Shown here piece after piece: positions 8,301-18,553 of a stretch of 64,000 nucleotides of DNA. How positions within the stretch are numbered: position 1 is the first letter of the stretch; each line of letters begins with the position of its first letter. The DNA is from Gaiellales bacterium (GTDB lineage Bacteria; Actinomycetota; Thermoleophilia; Gaiellales; JAICJC01): positions 157,972 to 221,971 of the forward strand of contig JBBRMM010000004.1 of NCBI GenBank assembly GCA_038230835.1, in the 5' to 3' direction. The position numbers were made by a program, and so were the translations under genes. The notes under the pieces are model-generated. The model did no database searches. It worked only from the letters and a program-made list of their open reading frames with translations, and was not told where the DNA came from.

Positions 8301-8342
8301 CCAAGACCCGCCACCGCCCCGCCCGACCGGAGGACTAAGGCG

Positions 8343-9959
<1,617 letters not shown>

Positions 9960-10033
9960 GGGCTGTCATACCTCTCGCGGCCAGTCTACCTCACCACCGC
10001 CGAGCCTGATCAACATCTCCACGAGGCGTTCGA

Positions 10034-10993
10034 TCAGGACTTCTTGCGGCGCTGCGAACGCAGCCGCGCCGCGATCGCAGACTCCGGCCGAGGCGTCGGT
10101 ATGTGCCCGGCGACGGTGCCGTCGGGCGCCGTGACCGGCGCCGGCGGCGGCTCCCGCCGCCGGCGGAAGAGCCGGATGAAGGTCGCGCCGGCGACGATCA
10201 CGATCGCGCTCGCGACCCAGACGTTCAGCCGCTGCCCGAAGTAGTGATGGGCGGGGTCGATCCGTAACGACTCCACGTAGATGCGCCCGGTCGAGTAGAG
10301 CGTCAGGTACAGCACGAAGATCGTCGCCGTCGGCACGCGGTTCCAGTACCGGCGCACGAACCACAGCAGGACGACGAACACGAGCAGGTTCCACAGCGAC
10401 TCGTAGAGGAAGGTCGGCACGAAGGTGTGCGGCCCGCCGGGAACGTTGTACGGCGCGATCGGATTGTCGATCTTGACCGCCCAGGGCAGCTTGCTCGGCC
10501 CCCCGTACAGCTCCTGGTTGAAGTAGTTCCCCCAGCGCCCGATCGCCTGAGCCAGGATCAGCCCCGGGGCGATGCAGTCGGCCACCGTCCAGAACGGGAC
10601 GCGTGCCCGGCGAGCGCCGATCCAGGCACCGAGCATGCCGCCCAGCACCGCCCCGTAGATGCCGAGCCCCCCGTGCCAGATCTTCACGGTGTCCAGGTAA
10701 TGCCCCGAGAAGGCCGACCAGTCGGTCACCACGTGGTACAGCCGCGCCCCCGCCAGGCCGAGCGGCACAGTCCACACCGCAACCGTGTACACGAGTTCCG
10801 GGTCGAGCCCTCGGCGGCGGAACTCGCGCCGGGTGAGCCAGCCCGCCACCAGCACTCCGAGCGCGAGCAGCAGCCCGTACCAGCGAGCCTGAATGCCGCC
10901 GAAGCGGAACAGAAACGGGTCGCCGGGGCTGGGAATCGAGAGCATGATCACGGGCGAGCGCAGGTTACCGCGCCGCTCCGACGGCTGACTCAC
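10034..10993 (-). CDS. lgt: prolipoprotein diacylglyceryl transferase
   Basis: 319 aa. Lgt hallmarks: RWYGLLLALG, GGLGIYGAVLGG, GRWGNYFNQELYG. Polytopic membrane protein. Confidence 0.9.
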   Translation of the reverse strand: MSQPSERRGNLRSPVIMLSIPSPGDPFLFRFGGIQARWYGLLLALGVLVAGWLTRREFRRRGLDPELVYTVAVWTVPLGLAGARLYHVVTDWSAFSGHYLDTVKIWHGGLGIYGAVLGGMLGAWIGARRARVPFWTVADCIAPGLILAQAIGRWGNYFNQELYGGPSKLPWAVKIDNPIAPYNVPGGPHTFVPTFLYESLWNLLVFVVLLWFVRRYWNRVPTATIFVLYLTLYSTGRIYVESLRIDPAHHYFGQRLNVWVASAIVIVAGATFIRLFRRRREPPPAPVTAPDGTVAGHIPTPRPESAIAARLRSQRRKKS

Positions 10994-11028
10994 CTCACGT
11001 GTGGCCGGTGCCGCCCCGTTGTTGCTCG

Positions 11029-11760
11029 TCAGCTACTTCGGCGGAGCATGCGCCGCCACAAGCCCGTCTGGGGCTCCACCTCGCGGGCCATCCGCTCGGC
11101 CGCCATGAATTGAAGCAGCGAGAAGTCGGCGGGCTCACCGGCCGGCCGAACAGCGGTCACCTCGCGCAGCTTCCGCCGCTCTGCGGCCGCGATGGAGATG
11201 AAGGTGCAACCGGCCAGCAGCTGATCGTCCACCGTGGTCACGCGGGCTACTCGCACCTCGGCGGTCACCACCGTGGCGAAAAACCTTCCGCTGAAGTCGA
11301 GTCGGTCGCCGGCGCGCAGGAGCCGACGGGTCAAGAGGGCGACGCCGCTGTCCGACACATCAACGATCGAGCCCTCCACGACGTCTCCATCGACCACGTT
11401 CTGGCAGTTAACGGCGACCAGCCGGGCATGACCTCCCAGCGACGTGCGATCGGCCTGGCGGTGTCGCTCGTCCAGCCTGATCGATCGGCCGCGAAGTACC
11501 ACCTTGGCCAGCTTGGCGGATTGGAACGCGGCCGACTCGATCTCGAAGCCGACGAGCCAGGGCCGCAGGTCGTCACCGTGCACGCGTGCCAGCAGCACAT
11601 CTGACTCACCGATCCTCAGCCGATCACCGGTTGCGGTCAGGCGCGTGCCGGCGTGCGAGAGCGGCGTCAGTTCCAACTCGCGGCCACTCGCCTCCTCCAC
11701 GGCTATCGCCGCCTTGGAGCCGAGCATCGCAACCGCCTGCGTCATCGAGAGTCGTGCCAT
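11029..11760 (-). CDS. PilZ domain protein (c-di-GMP receptor candidate)
   Basis: 243 aa. RHRQADR (RxxxR) and DVSDSGVAL (DxSxxG) motifs in the C-terminal half. Confidence 0.75.
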   Translation of the reverse strand: MARLSMTQAVAMLGSKAAIAVEEASGRELELTPLSHAGTRLTATGDRLRIGESDVLLARVHGDDLRPWLVGFEIESAAFQSAKLAKVVLRGRSIRLDERHRQADRTSLGGHARLVAVNCQNVVDGDVVEGSIVDVSDSGVALLTRRLLRAGDRLDFSGRFFATVVTAEVRVARVTTVDDQLLAGCTFISIAAAERRKLREVTAVRPAGEPADFSLLQFMAAERMAREVEPQTGLWRRMLRRSS

Positions 11761-11894
11761 GCGACCCTTATCGGCACGTGCGGGAGCGGGCTGGAGTGAT
11801 GACAGCCTGTGGCCCGGGTGTCAGGATCAGACCTCGACCCTGGCGGCATCCCCCAAAAGAGGGATACGCCGGGCGTGGGCGAAAATGTCCGGCG

Positions 11895-13088
11895 ATGTCA
11901 CCTGCGAATGGCCCCGCCCCTTCCGAACCGCCGGAACAGACCACGCTCGGCCCGTTGAGCGCCGAGCACATGGAGCCCGTGCTGGGAGTGATCGAAGCCG
12001 CGCAGGCGCTGTACGCGCTGGACGACGTGGCCGAGATGCTGGCGGTGCTGGCGCGCCAGTTGACCGAGATCCTGGCCGCCGACGCATGCCTGATCTCGGT
12101 GATCGACGCCCCAGGTGGAACGGTGCGCAATCGTGCCGGGTTCGCGCGCCCGCCGTTCGGCTGGCGCCGCAACGCGGCCGAGCACAAGATCGCGGAGTAT
12201 CCGCGCACCGCCGAGGTGATCGCGACCGGCGGCTGGTACGCGTGCAGCCTGGATGGGGACGCCGACCCGGCTGAGGCCCGCTGGCTGATCGAGCTCGGGT
12301 ACCGCTCGCTGCTGATGCTGGTGCTACCCGTCGAAGGCGCACCCTACGGCCTGATCGAGGTGTACGACCGCGGCGCGCGCAGGTTCCCGGACGCCGAGCG
12401 CCGCCTGTGCCAGGCGCTGGCCGTCGAAGCGGGCAAGACGGTCGCCCGTGGACGCATGCAGGAGCGCCTCGAGGACGCCTACTTCGCCACCCTCGGTACG
12501 CTGGCAGCTGCGCTCGAGGCCAAGGACGCGTACACGAACGATCACGCCAACCAGATCGCGGAGCTGGCGGGCGCGGTCTGCGAGCAGCTGGAGATCGTTC
12601 CCGCCGAGACGCGGATGATCCGGCTCGCCGCCCTCCTCCACGACATCGGCAAGATCGGCATCCCGGAGGCCATCCTGCGCAAGGAGGGCCCGCTGGACGA
12701 CGACGAGTGGGCGATGATGCACGAGCACCCGCGAATCGGCGCGCGGATCCTCGAGCCGGTGCCCTACTTCGCCGACCTCGTGCCGCTGGTCGCGTGCAGC
12801 CACGAACGCTACGACGGGCGCGGATACCCCGACGGCCTGACCAGCGAACGGATCCCGCTGGGCTCCCGCGTGATCGCCGTTTGCGACGCCTTCCACGCGA
12901 TGACCGAAGACCGCGTGTACCGCAAGGCGATGCCGATCAGCGAGGCCATGGCCGAGATCGAGCGGTGTGCCGGATCACAGTTCGATCCGGTGTGTGCCCA
13001 GGCGCTGCTGGTGGTCGTGCGCAGCCAGGGCTGGCCGCGGATCACCCGCGACCGCCTGGTGCGGCTCGCCCACGTGCCCGTGCTCTGA
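11895..13088 (+). CDS. GAF domain / HD-GYP phosphodiesterase
   Basis: ORF 11586..13088, with ATG 11895 chosen because the upstream part overlaps the PilZ gene. AALLHDIGKIGIP and HERYDGRGYPDGL are intact HD and GYP motifs. Confidence 0.85.
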   Translation: MSPANGPAPSEPPEQTTLGPLSAEHMEPVLGVIEAAQALYALDDVAEMLAVLARQLTEILAADACLISVIDAPGGTVRNRAGFARPPFGWRRNAAEHKIAEYPRTAEVIATGGWYACSLDGDADPAEARWLIELGYRSLLMLVLPVEGAPYGLIEVYDRGARRFPDAERRLCQALAVEAGKTVARGRMQERLEDAYFATLGTLAAALEAKDAYTNDHANQIAELAGAVCEQLEIVPAETRMIRLAALLHDIGKIGIPEAILRKEGPLDDDEWAMMHEHPRIGARILEPVPYFADLVPLVACSHERYDGRGYPDGLTSERIPLGSRVIAVCDAFHAMTEDRVYRKAMPISEAMAEIERCAGSQFDPVCAQALLVVVRSQGWPRITRDRLVRLAHVPVL

Positions 13089-13125
13089 CCCGCTCGATGC
13101 TGCACAGGGGTACAATCGGCCGCCG

Positions 13126-13524
13126 ATGAACCGCGCCGGCCAGAATCCGCTTGCGTTCACCCGCGGCTACGACTACTCGCAGTCGATCGTCGCCGACGGC
13201 CCGCTGGTGTTCGTGAGCGGGCAGGGCGGCTTCGGGGCCGGCGGCGAGGTGGTGGATGCTGTCGACTTCGAGGCCCAACTGCGGCAGGCGTACGCCAACC
13301 TGGCGACGGTCCTGGAGGCGAACGGCGCGTCGCTGGCGACGGTGGTCAAGATGAACGTCTACCTCGCCCGCTCGGAGGACTACGACGCCTTCAGGCGCGT
13401 CCGCCACGAGATGTTTGGCGCGCCCTACCCGGCGTCCACCGCGATCGTGGCCGGCGGCTTCCTCTTCGACGGCATGCTGGTGGAGATGGACGCGATCGCG
13501 CGCGTGGGCGAGCCGCGGGCGTAG
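13126..13524 (+). CDS. RidA/YjgF/Endoribonuclease L-PSP family protein
   Basis: ORF 12967..13524 read from ATG 13126. LVFVSGQGG...NLATVLEANGASLATVVKMNVYL...PASTAIVAGGF...VEMDAIA is the typical RidA pattern. Confidence 0.85.
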   Translation: MNRAGQNPLAFTRGYDYSQSIVADGPLVFVSGQGGFGAGGEVVDAVDFEAQLRQAYANLATVLEANGASLATVVKMNVYLARSEDYDAFRRVRHEMFGAPYPASTAIVAGGFLFDGMLVEMDAIARVGEPRA

Positions 13525-13611
13525 CCACGAGTCGGGCCACGCCCGCGGTGCAATCACCCATCCGTCCGCCGCCGTTCCCGTGGAGCCGGGCGACGCACCT
13601 GCCGGGCGGCG

Positions 13612-13770
13612 CTACAGGACGCCGATAACGCTGGACAGCTGCGCGCTGATCGCGCTGGACAGCAGTCCGAGGGTCACCACGACGGCGACCGTGATCACGG
13701 CGAGCACGACGGCGTACTCGGCCATCGTCTGGCCCGACTCGGCTCGCAGCGATTCGATGTGCTTGGTCAT
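13612..13770 (-). CDS. flp: Flp family type IVb pilin (52 aa prepilin)
   Basis: MTKHIESLRAESG/QTMAEYAVVLAVITVAVVV. G-x4-EY processing motif followed by a hydrophobic helix. ORF 13612..13815 read from M16. Confidence 0.75.
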   Translation of the reverse strand: MTKHIESLRAESGQTMAEYAVVLAVITVAVVVTLGLLSSAISAQLSSVIGVL

Positions 13771-13885
13771 TCCCACCTTCCTGAGGGTCGTCACGTCGGC
13801 TTCGAACCGACACACAGTGCATCAGCTCGCGTGCAAGTCCGCACGAGAGCAAATACGTGCCTGCATGCGTGGACACCCAGGCGGG

Positions 13886-13915
13886 GAGGGGGGCCCGGCG
13901 CTCCGGGCCCCCCTC
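13886..13915 (-). terminator. GC-rich stem-loop (13-bp perfect stem, 4-nt loop) just downstream of the 13924 stop
   Basis: gaggggggcccgg-cgct-ccgggcccccctc. There is no U-tract, so it would be an I-shaped terminator of the kind described in high-GC bacteria. Confidence 0.45.
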
Positions 13916-13923
13916 TCGACCGC

Positions 13924-15105
13924 TCAGTGCAGCACGGTGTCGCAGTAGGTGCTGTGCGGCCCGAACGGGCCGCCGCACAGCGTCTGCTGGTTGAACTGGT
14001 CAGCCTGCCCGAAGTCCTTCGCCGTCGTCGGATAGTTGACGCCGTAGGAGAACGAGCCGTCGTGATTCTGTGTGAACCAGGGGTAGATGCAGAACGGTCC
14101 GCCGTACGCGCTGCAGGTGGATCCGGTCTCGGTCGGATCGGTGACCTCGGCCTTGCCGCCGTAGTCCGAGACCACCGCCCAACCGGTGGGGTGCGACCCG
14201 TTGGCGAAGGTAACCGAGGTGATGTGAATCGGCGGCGCCTGCGACGCCCATGCAGGCGCGTCGTACGAGTAGCAACCCGCCTCTCCCGGCCAGCAGAACG
14301 CGCTGCCGGGACTCGTGAACGGCGAGGTGTGCCCGATCTCCCACACGAACGAGTCCGGGGTGTCGTGCACCGCACCCCAGGCCAGCGAGTGACCGATCTT
14401 CTGGGTCGAGAACGCCGGCATCAACGGCCCGTCCGACTTCGAGTTGAGGACGATCGTGCCGGAGTGCTTCGTGGTCAGGTCGCTGACGGTGATGTGCCAA
14501 CCGTCCTTGGCCGGGGTCACGAAGTAGTGCACCCGGATCGCATCGCCCGCATGCATGACCAGCGGCGAGGTGCTCGTGCCGTTGGTGAGCATCGCGTTGA
14601 ACGCCGCGGGCTCGTGGTAGTTGGGCTTTTGGCCGGTGGTGGTCAGGCTCCACACGGGCGAGCAGACGGTGTAGTCGCCGGGGACGTTGGACACGACGTA
14701 GCCGCCGTTGGGGTTGCAGTTGGAGACCAGCGAGTTGGGATAGAACTGGAGCTCCTCGAATGCCTGTCCGAACAGGCTTGACGGATCGCTCACGGACCCG
14801 CCGAACCAGAAGGTCGGGCCGACGGCGTCGACGCCGAAGCCCTTGCCGTTCTGGGGCAGCACGGCGTTCCAGGTGATGTCCCGGGCCGACCCCTGCAGGT
14901 TCGACAGCGGATCGAGCTCCGGCTCGTCGTGACCCGAGCATCCGGCCGCGTACGCGGGCTCGAACACGCCCTCGATGTAGGCGGGGTGGCGGCCGACGCA
15001 CCCGCCGCCCTGACTCCCACCCGCACTGGCGACACCCGGCGAGGTCAGGAGCACGAGCCCCACCACCGCCGCGGCCGCGCCGCTGACACTCAGTTTCCGC
15101 TTCAA
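13924..15105 (-). CDS. secreted Cys-rich hypothetical protein (394 aa)
   Basis: ORF 13924..15663. TTG at 15105 is preceded by GGGAGGG 4 nt upstream and gives the signal peptide (M)KRKLSVSGAAAAVVGLVLLTSPGVASA. 13 Cys residues in the mature part. No family recognised. Confidence 0.65.
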   Translation of the reverse strand: MKRKLSVSGAAAAVVGLVLLTSPGVASAGGSQGGGCVGRHPAYIEGVFEPAYAAGCSGHDEPELDPLSNLQGSARDITWNAVLPQNGKGFGVDAVGPTFWFGGSVSDPSSLFGQAFEELQFYPNSLVSNCNPNGGYVVSNVPGDYTVCSPVWSLTTTGQKPNYHEPAAFNAMLTNGTSTSPLVMHAGDAIRVHYFVTPAKDGWHITVSDLTTKHSGTIVLNSKSDGPLMPAFSTQKIGHSLAWGAVHDTPDSFVWEIGHTSPFTSPGSAFCWPGEAGCYSYDAPAWASQAPPIHITSVTFANGSHPTGWAVVSDYGGKAEVTDPTETGSTCSAYGGPFCIYPWFTQNHDGSFSYGVNYPTTAKDFGQADQFNQQTLCGGPFGPHSTYCDTVLH

Positions 15106-15622
15106 GAGACCCTCCCAAGGCTGACGCACCCGATTGACGATGCTCGTGCGACCAGTATCGCCGCCGGTCACGAAACGGTCAAGTCGGCCACCGGCCCGGC
15201 AGGTGACGCCGATCACGCGTCCGGCCGGGGTAAATGTTTCGTCGCCGGCGCCGACTGTAGGGATGACAAGCGTCACAAACGGGCCGCGGCGCTCGCGGCC
15301 GACCCAACTTGGCGGAGGCGGGCGGTGGAGACTGGACAGGTCTTCTACGTGCAGGTGCGAACGGCGGCGATGCGGTCGTGGATGACCGTCGGCGCCGCCG
15401 ACAGCTGGGCGGTTGCCGCGCGTGCCGCCGAGCGGGACTGGGGTGTCGTCAAGTCCACCCTTGCCACCTGTGGCTGCCGCGTCGTGACCCACTCCCAACT
15501 CGTCGCGGAGGGCCGGATCGAGCGCTGCCGACCGCGCATCGGACGACCTGCGCCGGCAGGCGATCACAGCCGCAGGGTGGATGACCCTGATCGACGCCGA
15601 GTAGCGCCGGACGGCCAGGGGC

Positions 15623-16297
15623 TCAGGCTGCTGCGCGGACCTGGCGGTCGACGACGGCGCCACCGGTGGCCGGCAGGCCCTCGAGCAGTGCGGTCAGCTG
15701 GGTCACCAGCTGCTCGGACGGCTCGACCAGCTCGCAGCCGACGCGGCGCCGGCCGTAGGCGACCTGGGTGGTGTAGACGACCCGAGCGCCCATGTAGCAC
15801 GCCTTCCCCTCGAAGCTCGTGCCCAGCGAGATGATGTCGCCGCGCACGAGCCGCTGCTGGGTTGTGAACGCAACCCCGCGCACCGACACGTCGACCAGCC
15901 GCACGTCGAACTCGACGCCCGGGGTGACCGCCTTGCCGGCGCTCACCCGAACCAGCGCGAGCTGCGTGAAGGAGCGGCGCTCTGCGGCTCGGGTCGGCTT
16001 GCGCCGGGCAACCGCAGTGACTGCAAGCTCGGCCCGTCCGTGGCCGTCGCCCTCGAAGTAGAGCGTGCTCACGCGGCAGCCGATCTCGTACCCCCCGCGC
16101 TTCGCGGAGCGCACCGGAATCACCAGTCCCATGCCCTCGCGTGCATCATGCCAGGGCAGGCCGGCCTCGAGGTGGCCGTCGACCTGGGCGTCGATCTCGA
16201 GGCCGATCGCAGCGCCGTCGCTGCGGTACGCCTCGACGCGCACGGGCAGCTCCCCGAGCACCGCCACAGCGAGCGCAAGGTTATCGTCTGCAGACAC
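15623..16297 (-). CDS. PilZ domain protein, paralogue of 11029..11760
   Basis: RAAERR (RxxxR) and DVSVRGVAF (DxSxxG). The ORF extends to 16438 but overlaps the upstream gene, so GTG 16297 is chosen (uncertain). Confidence 0.65.
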   Translation of the reverse strand: MSADDNLALAVAVLGELPVRVEAYRSDGAAIGLEIDAQVDGHLEAGLPWHDAREGMGLVIPVRSAKRGGYEIGCRVSTLYFEGDGHGRAELAVTAVARRKPTRAAERRSFTQLALVRVSAGKAVTPGVEFDVRLVDVSVRGVAFTTQQRLVRGDIISLGTSFEGKACYMGARVVYTTQVAYGRRRVGCELVEPSEQLVTQLTALLEGLPATGGAVVDRQVRAAA

Positions 16298-16319
16298 GGG
16301 ACCGAACAGGCCGGCCGGA

Positions 16320-17198
16320 TCAGGCGGCGCGCTTGGACCGGGACGGCGGCACGAGCTCCGCGCGAGCCTTCTCGAGCGACTGTGCGATCGAGGACTGCAT
16401 GTCGAGCGCCCGCTCGACAGCGTCACGAGCCTCGGCACGGTCGCGCTCGGCGGCGGCGTAGATCTCCGCGATCGCCTTCTCGGCCTCGGCGCGCTGGCTT
16501 GCGATCTCCTGCTCCGCGGTCTCGCGGAGATTCTGGAGCTCGCCGTGCCACTGGCGGCGGGCCTTCTCGGTCTCGCGCTCGGCGGAGGTCGTCACACGGG
16601 CCGCGGCGGACTCGGCGTCGGCGATGCAGGAGGCGGACTTCGTGCGGGCCTCCTCCAACGCGCGGTCGCACTCCTCCTGGCAGGCGGCCAGCTGGCGCTC
16701 ACAGGATGCCTTGAGGGCGGCGATGTCGCTCTCGACGAACGCCTCGAGCCCCGCCACGGTGCGCTTGGCGCGCTGGATCGCCTCGGTCAGGGTGCTCAGG
16801 TCGAGCGACACGGCGACGTCCTCGATCTGGGGCAGTTCCACGGCCTTGGGGGCCTCGACGGCCTCGGGGGCCTGGTCGACGTCGTCGACGTCGGTCTCGA
16901 CATGCTCGTCACTCATCACGGTCTCCTCTTGTGTGCTCGGCGGGTGGGTGTCCACGGCAGCCTCGACCGATTCGAGGACCTGGGCGAAGAACGCGCGCAC
17001 CTCGTTCTCGACGTAACCGGGGGACTCCACGCGGTACTCGCGGTCGTTCAGCCTGGTGCGCTCGAGCATCCAGTCCACCGATCCCGCCTCGAGCTGGTCC
17101 GCGAGATCCCCGAGGTACGCGTCGACCGCGTCGGGACTCCATCCGGTTGTAGCGAGCGAGAAGCTCGCCTCGCGAAGCGTCTGGGGGTTCAGCATCAT
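16320..17198 (-). CDS. DivIVA domain-containing coiled-coil protein
   Basis: The N-terminus LREASFSLATTGWSPDAVDAYLGDLADQL and a second GYVENEVRAFFAQV motif match the DivIVA N-terminal pattern. An acidic linker and a long Ala/Glu/Arg coiled coil follow. Confidence 0.65.
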   Translation of the reverse strand: MMLNPQTLREASFSLATTGWSPDAVDAYLGDLADQLEAGSVDWMLERTRLNDREYRVESPGYVENEVRAFFAQVLESVEAAVDTHPPSTQEETVMSDEHVETDVDDVDQAPEAVEAPKAVELPQIEDVAVSLDLSTLTEAIQRAKRTVAGLEAFVESDIAALKASCERQLAACQEECDRALEEARTKSASCIADAESAAARVTTSAERETEKARRQWHGELQNLRETAEQEIASQRAEAEKAIAEIYAAAERDRAEARDAVERALDMQSSIAQSLEKARAELVPPSRSKRAA

Positions 17199-17268
17199 GC
17201 CTCCGAGCGGCCAGGGGTGGAAATAGTTTGGTACTCGGACGCATAGTCGGCCCGATGCCCCTCACCCT

Positions 17269-17715
17269 TTAGGGTTTGTTCGATCTCACCCGGGCCGTGA
17301 GCGCCTCCAGCAACCGCGACCGCTGGTCGCGAAGCCACTCCATCGCGCGCTGCTCGCCGTCCGCACCGCCCCGCCGCTCCCACATCTGCACGAACGCCGT
17401 CTCGCCCGCGAGCACGCGCCGACGCACGAACTCGATGCCGATACGCTTGCCCTCAACGATCGCCTCCACCAACTGCTCGCGGTCGCGCTCCGGGACCCGT
17501 ACGCATCGGCGAGCACTCGCAGCCGTCGTGGCCAAAACATCCTCCCCCGGCGCGGTCTCCACCGGCAACGGCGCTGGAAACGCCCGGCGCTCGAGGTGCG
17601 CGAGCAGTTCGAAGATCGCGGTCGAGTGAGCCCCGTGCGGGCGCCGGACGGTGGCTCCCACCCGAACCACGCGGCCGCCGTTGCCCAGTCCGCCTGGGAG
17701 TGGCTCGACACCCAT
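17269..17715 (-). pseudogene. phosphotransferase (APH/choline-kinase fold) remnant lacking the catalytic core
   Basis: The N-terminus GGLGNGGRVVRVGATVRRPHGAHSTAIFELLAHLERRAFPAP is APH-like and the C-terminal tail is APH-like, but only 148 aa remain and no HGD/N catalytic segment is present. Confidence 0.45.
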
Positions 17716-17719
17716 GAGC

Positions 17720-18382
17720 TCAGACCGCGGTCATCAGCAACCGCTTGAGCTCGTCCTCGACACTCGGCTCGAGAATTGCCATCACCCGATCCCCGGGGCG
17801 AAGCTGCGTCTCGCCGACGGCGATCTCGGAACGTCCATCGCGGGAGACGGAGATCAGCCGCGACCCGTCGGGCAGGTGCAGCTCGCGCACGTGCCGCCAT
17901 GCCACCGGCGAGCTGTCCTCGATGGCGAACTCGACGATTTCGAGGTTCTCGCGCCGCAGGTCGAGCAGCGTCACCAGCTCGCGCTGTGGCAGCTCGTGCT
18001 CGATCAGCGCCAGGATGGTGGCGGTCGCCGAGACGGTCATCGCGATGTCCAGCATGTCGAAGTGCAGCTGGTTTCGGGGATCGTTCACGCGGGCGATCAC
18101 CTTCGGCGCCCCGTACTTGTCGCGCGCGACCTGACACACGATCAGGTTGTCCTCGTCGTCCCCGGTGACGGCCACCACCAGGTCGGCGCGCTCGACGCCC
18201 GCCCGCTCGAGCACGAACAGCTCGGTCGCATCGCCGAACCGCGCCACGTTGCCGAACCGCTCCTCGAGCATGCCGTGGCGGTGCGGGTCGTTGTCGATCA
18301 GCGTCACCTCGTGACCGAGCTGAATCAGCGTCGAACTGAGGTTGAAGCCGACCTTGCCGCCGCCGGCGATCAGGATGTACAT
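17720..18382 (-). CDS. trkA: TrkA/KtrA-type RCK protein (NAD-binding + TrkA_C)
   Basis: MYILIAGGGKVGFNLSSTLIQLGHEVTLID Rossmann motif. ORF 17720..18424 read from M15. Confidence 0.85.
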   Translation of the reverse strand: MYILIAGGGKVGFNLSSTLIQLGHEVTLIDNDPHRHGMLEERFGNVARFGDATELFVLERAGVERADLVVAVTGDDEDNLIVCQVARDKYGAPKVIARVNDPRNQLHFDMLDIAMTVSATATILALIEHELPQRELVTLLDLRRENLEIVEFAIEDSSPVAWRHVRELHLPDGSRLISVSRDGRSEIAVGETQLRPGDRVMAILEPSVEDELKRLLMTAV

Positions 18383-18465
18383 GCGTGTCTCTCGGTTCTG
18401 GCCGGCCACCCGGCCATCGAGCACAACCCTACCTGGGTGGCGATCAGCGGCACCTCACTCCGGAG

Positions 18466-18535
18466 CGTGATCCAGACGTGATGTCAGCGTGACGTGATCG
18501 GTATGGATCGTCACCTGATCGTGATACCACCGTGA
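18466..18535. promoter_or_regulatory. six CGTGA direct repeats, partly at 11-bp spacing, in the trkA / permease divergent intergenic region
   Basis: CGTGA starts at 18466, 18477, 18488, 18493, 18520 and 18531. Local GC is visibly lower than the surroundings. Confidence 0.4.
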
Positions 18536-18553
18536 GCCGGTCGCTGCCAGCCT

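Noticed and set aside
18383-18553. c-di-AMP (ydaO/kimA-type) riboswitch upstream of potassium transport genes
   Set aside because: I could not recognise the conserved pseudo-symmetric helices or motifs of that riboswitch by eye. The region is better described by short phased direct repeats. An Rfam scan would settle it.
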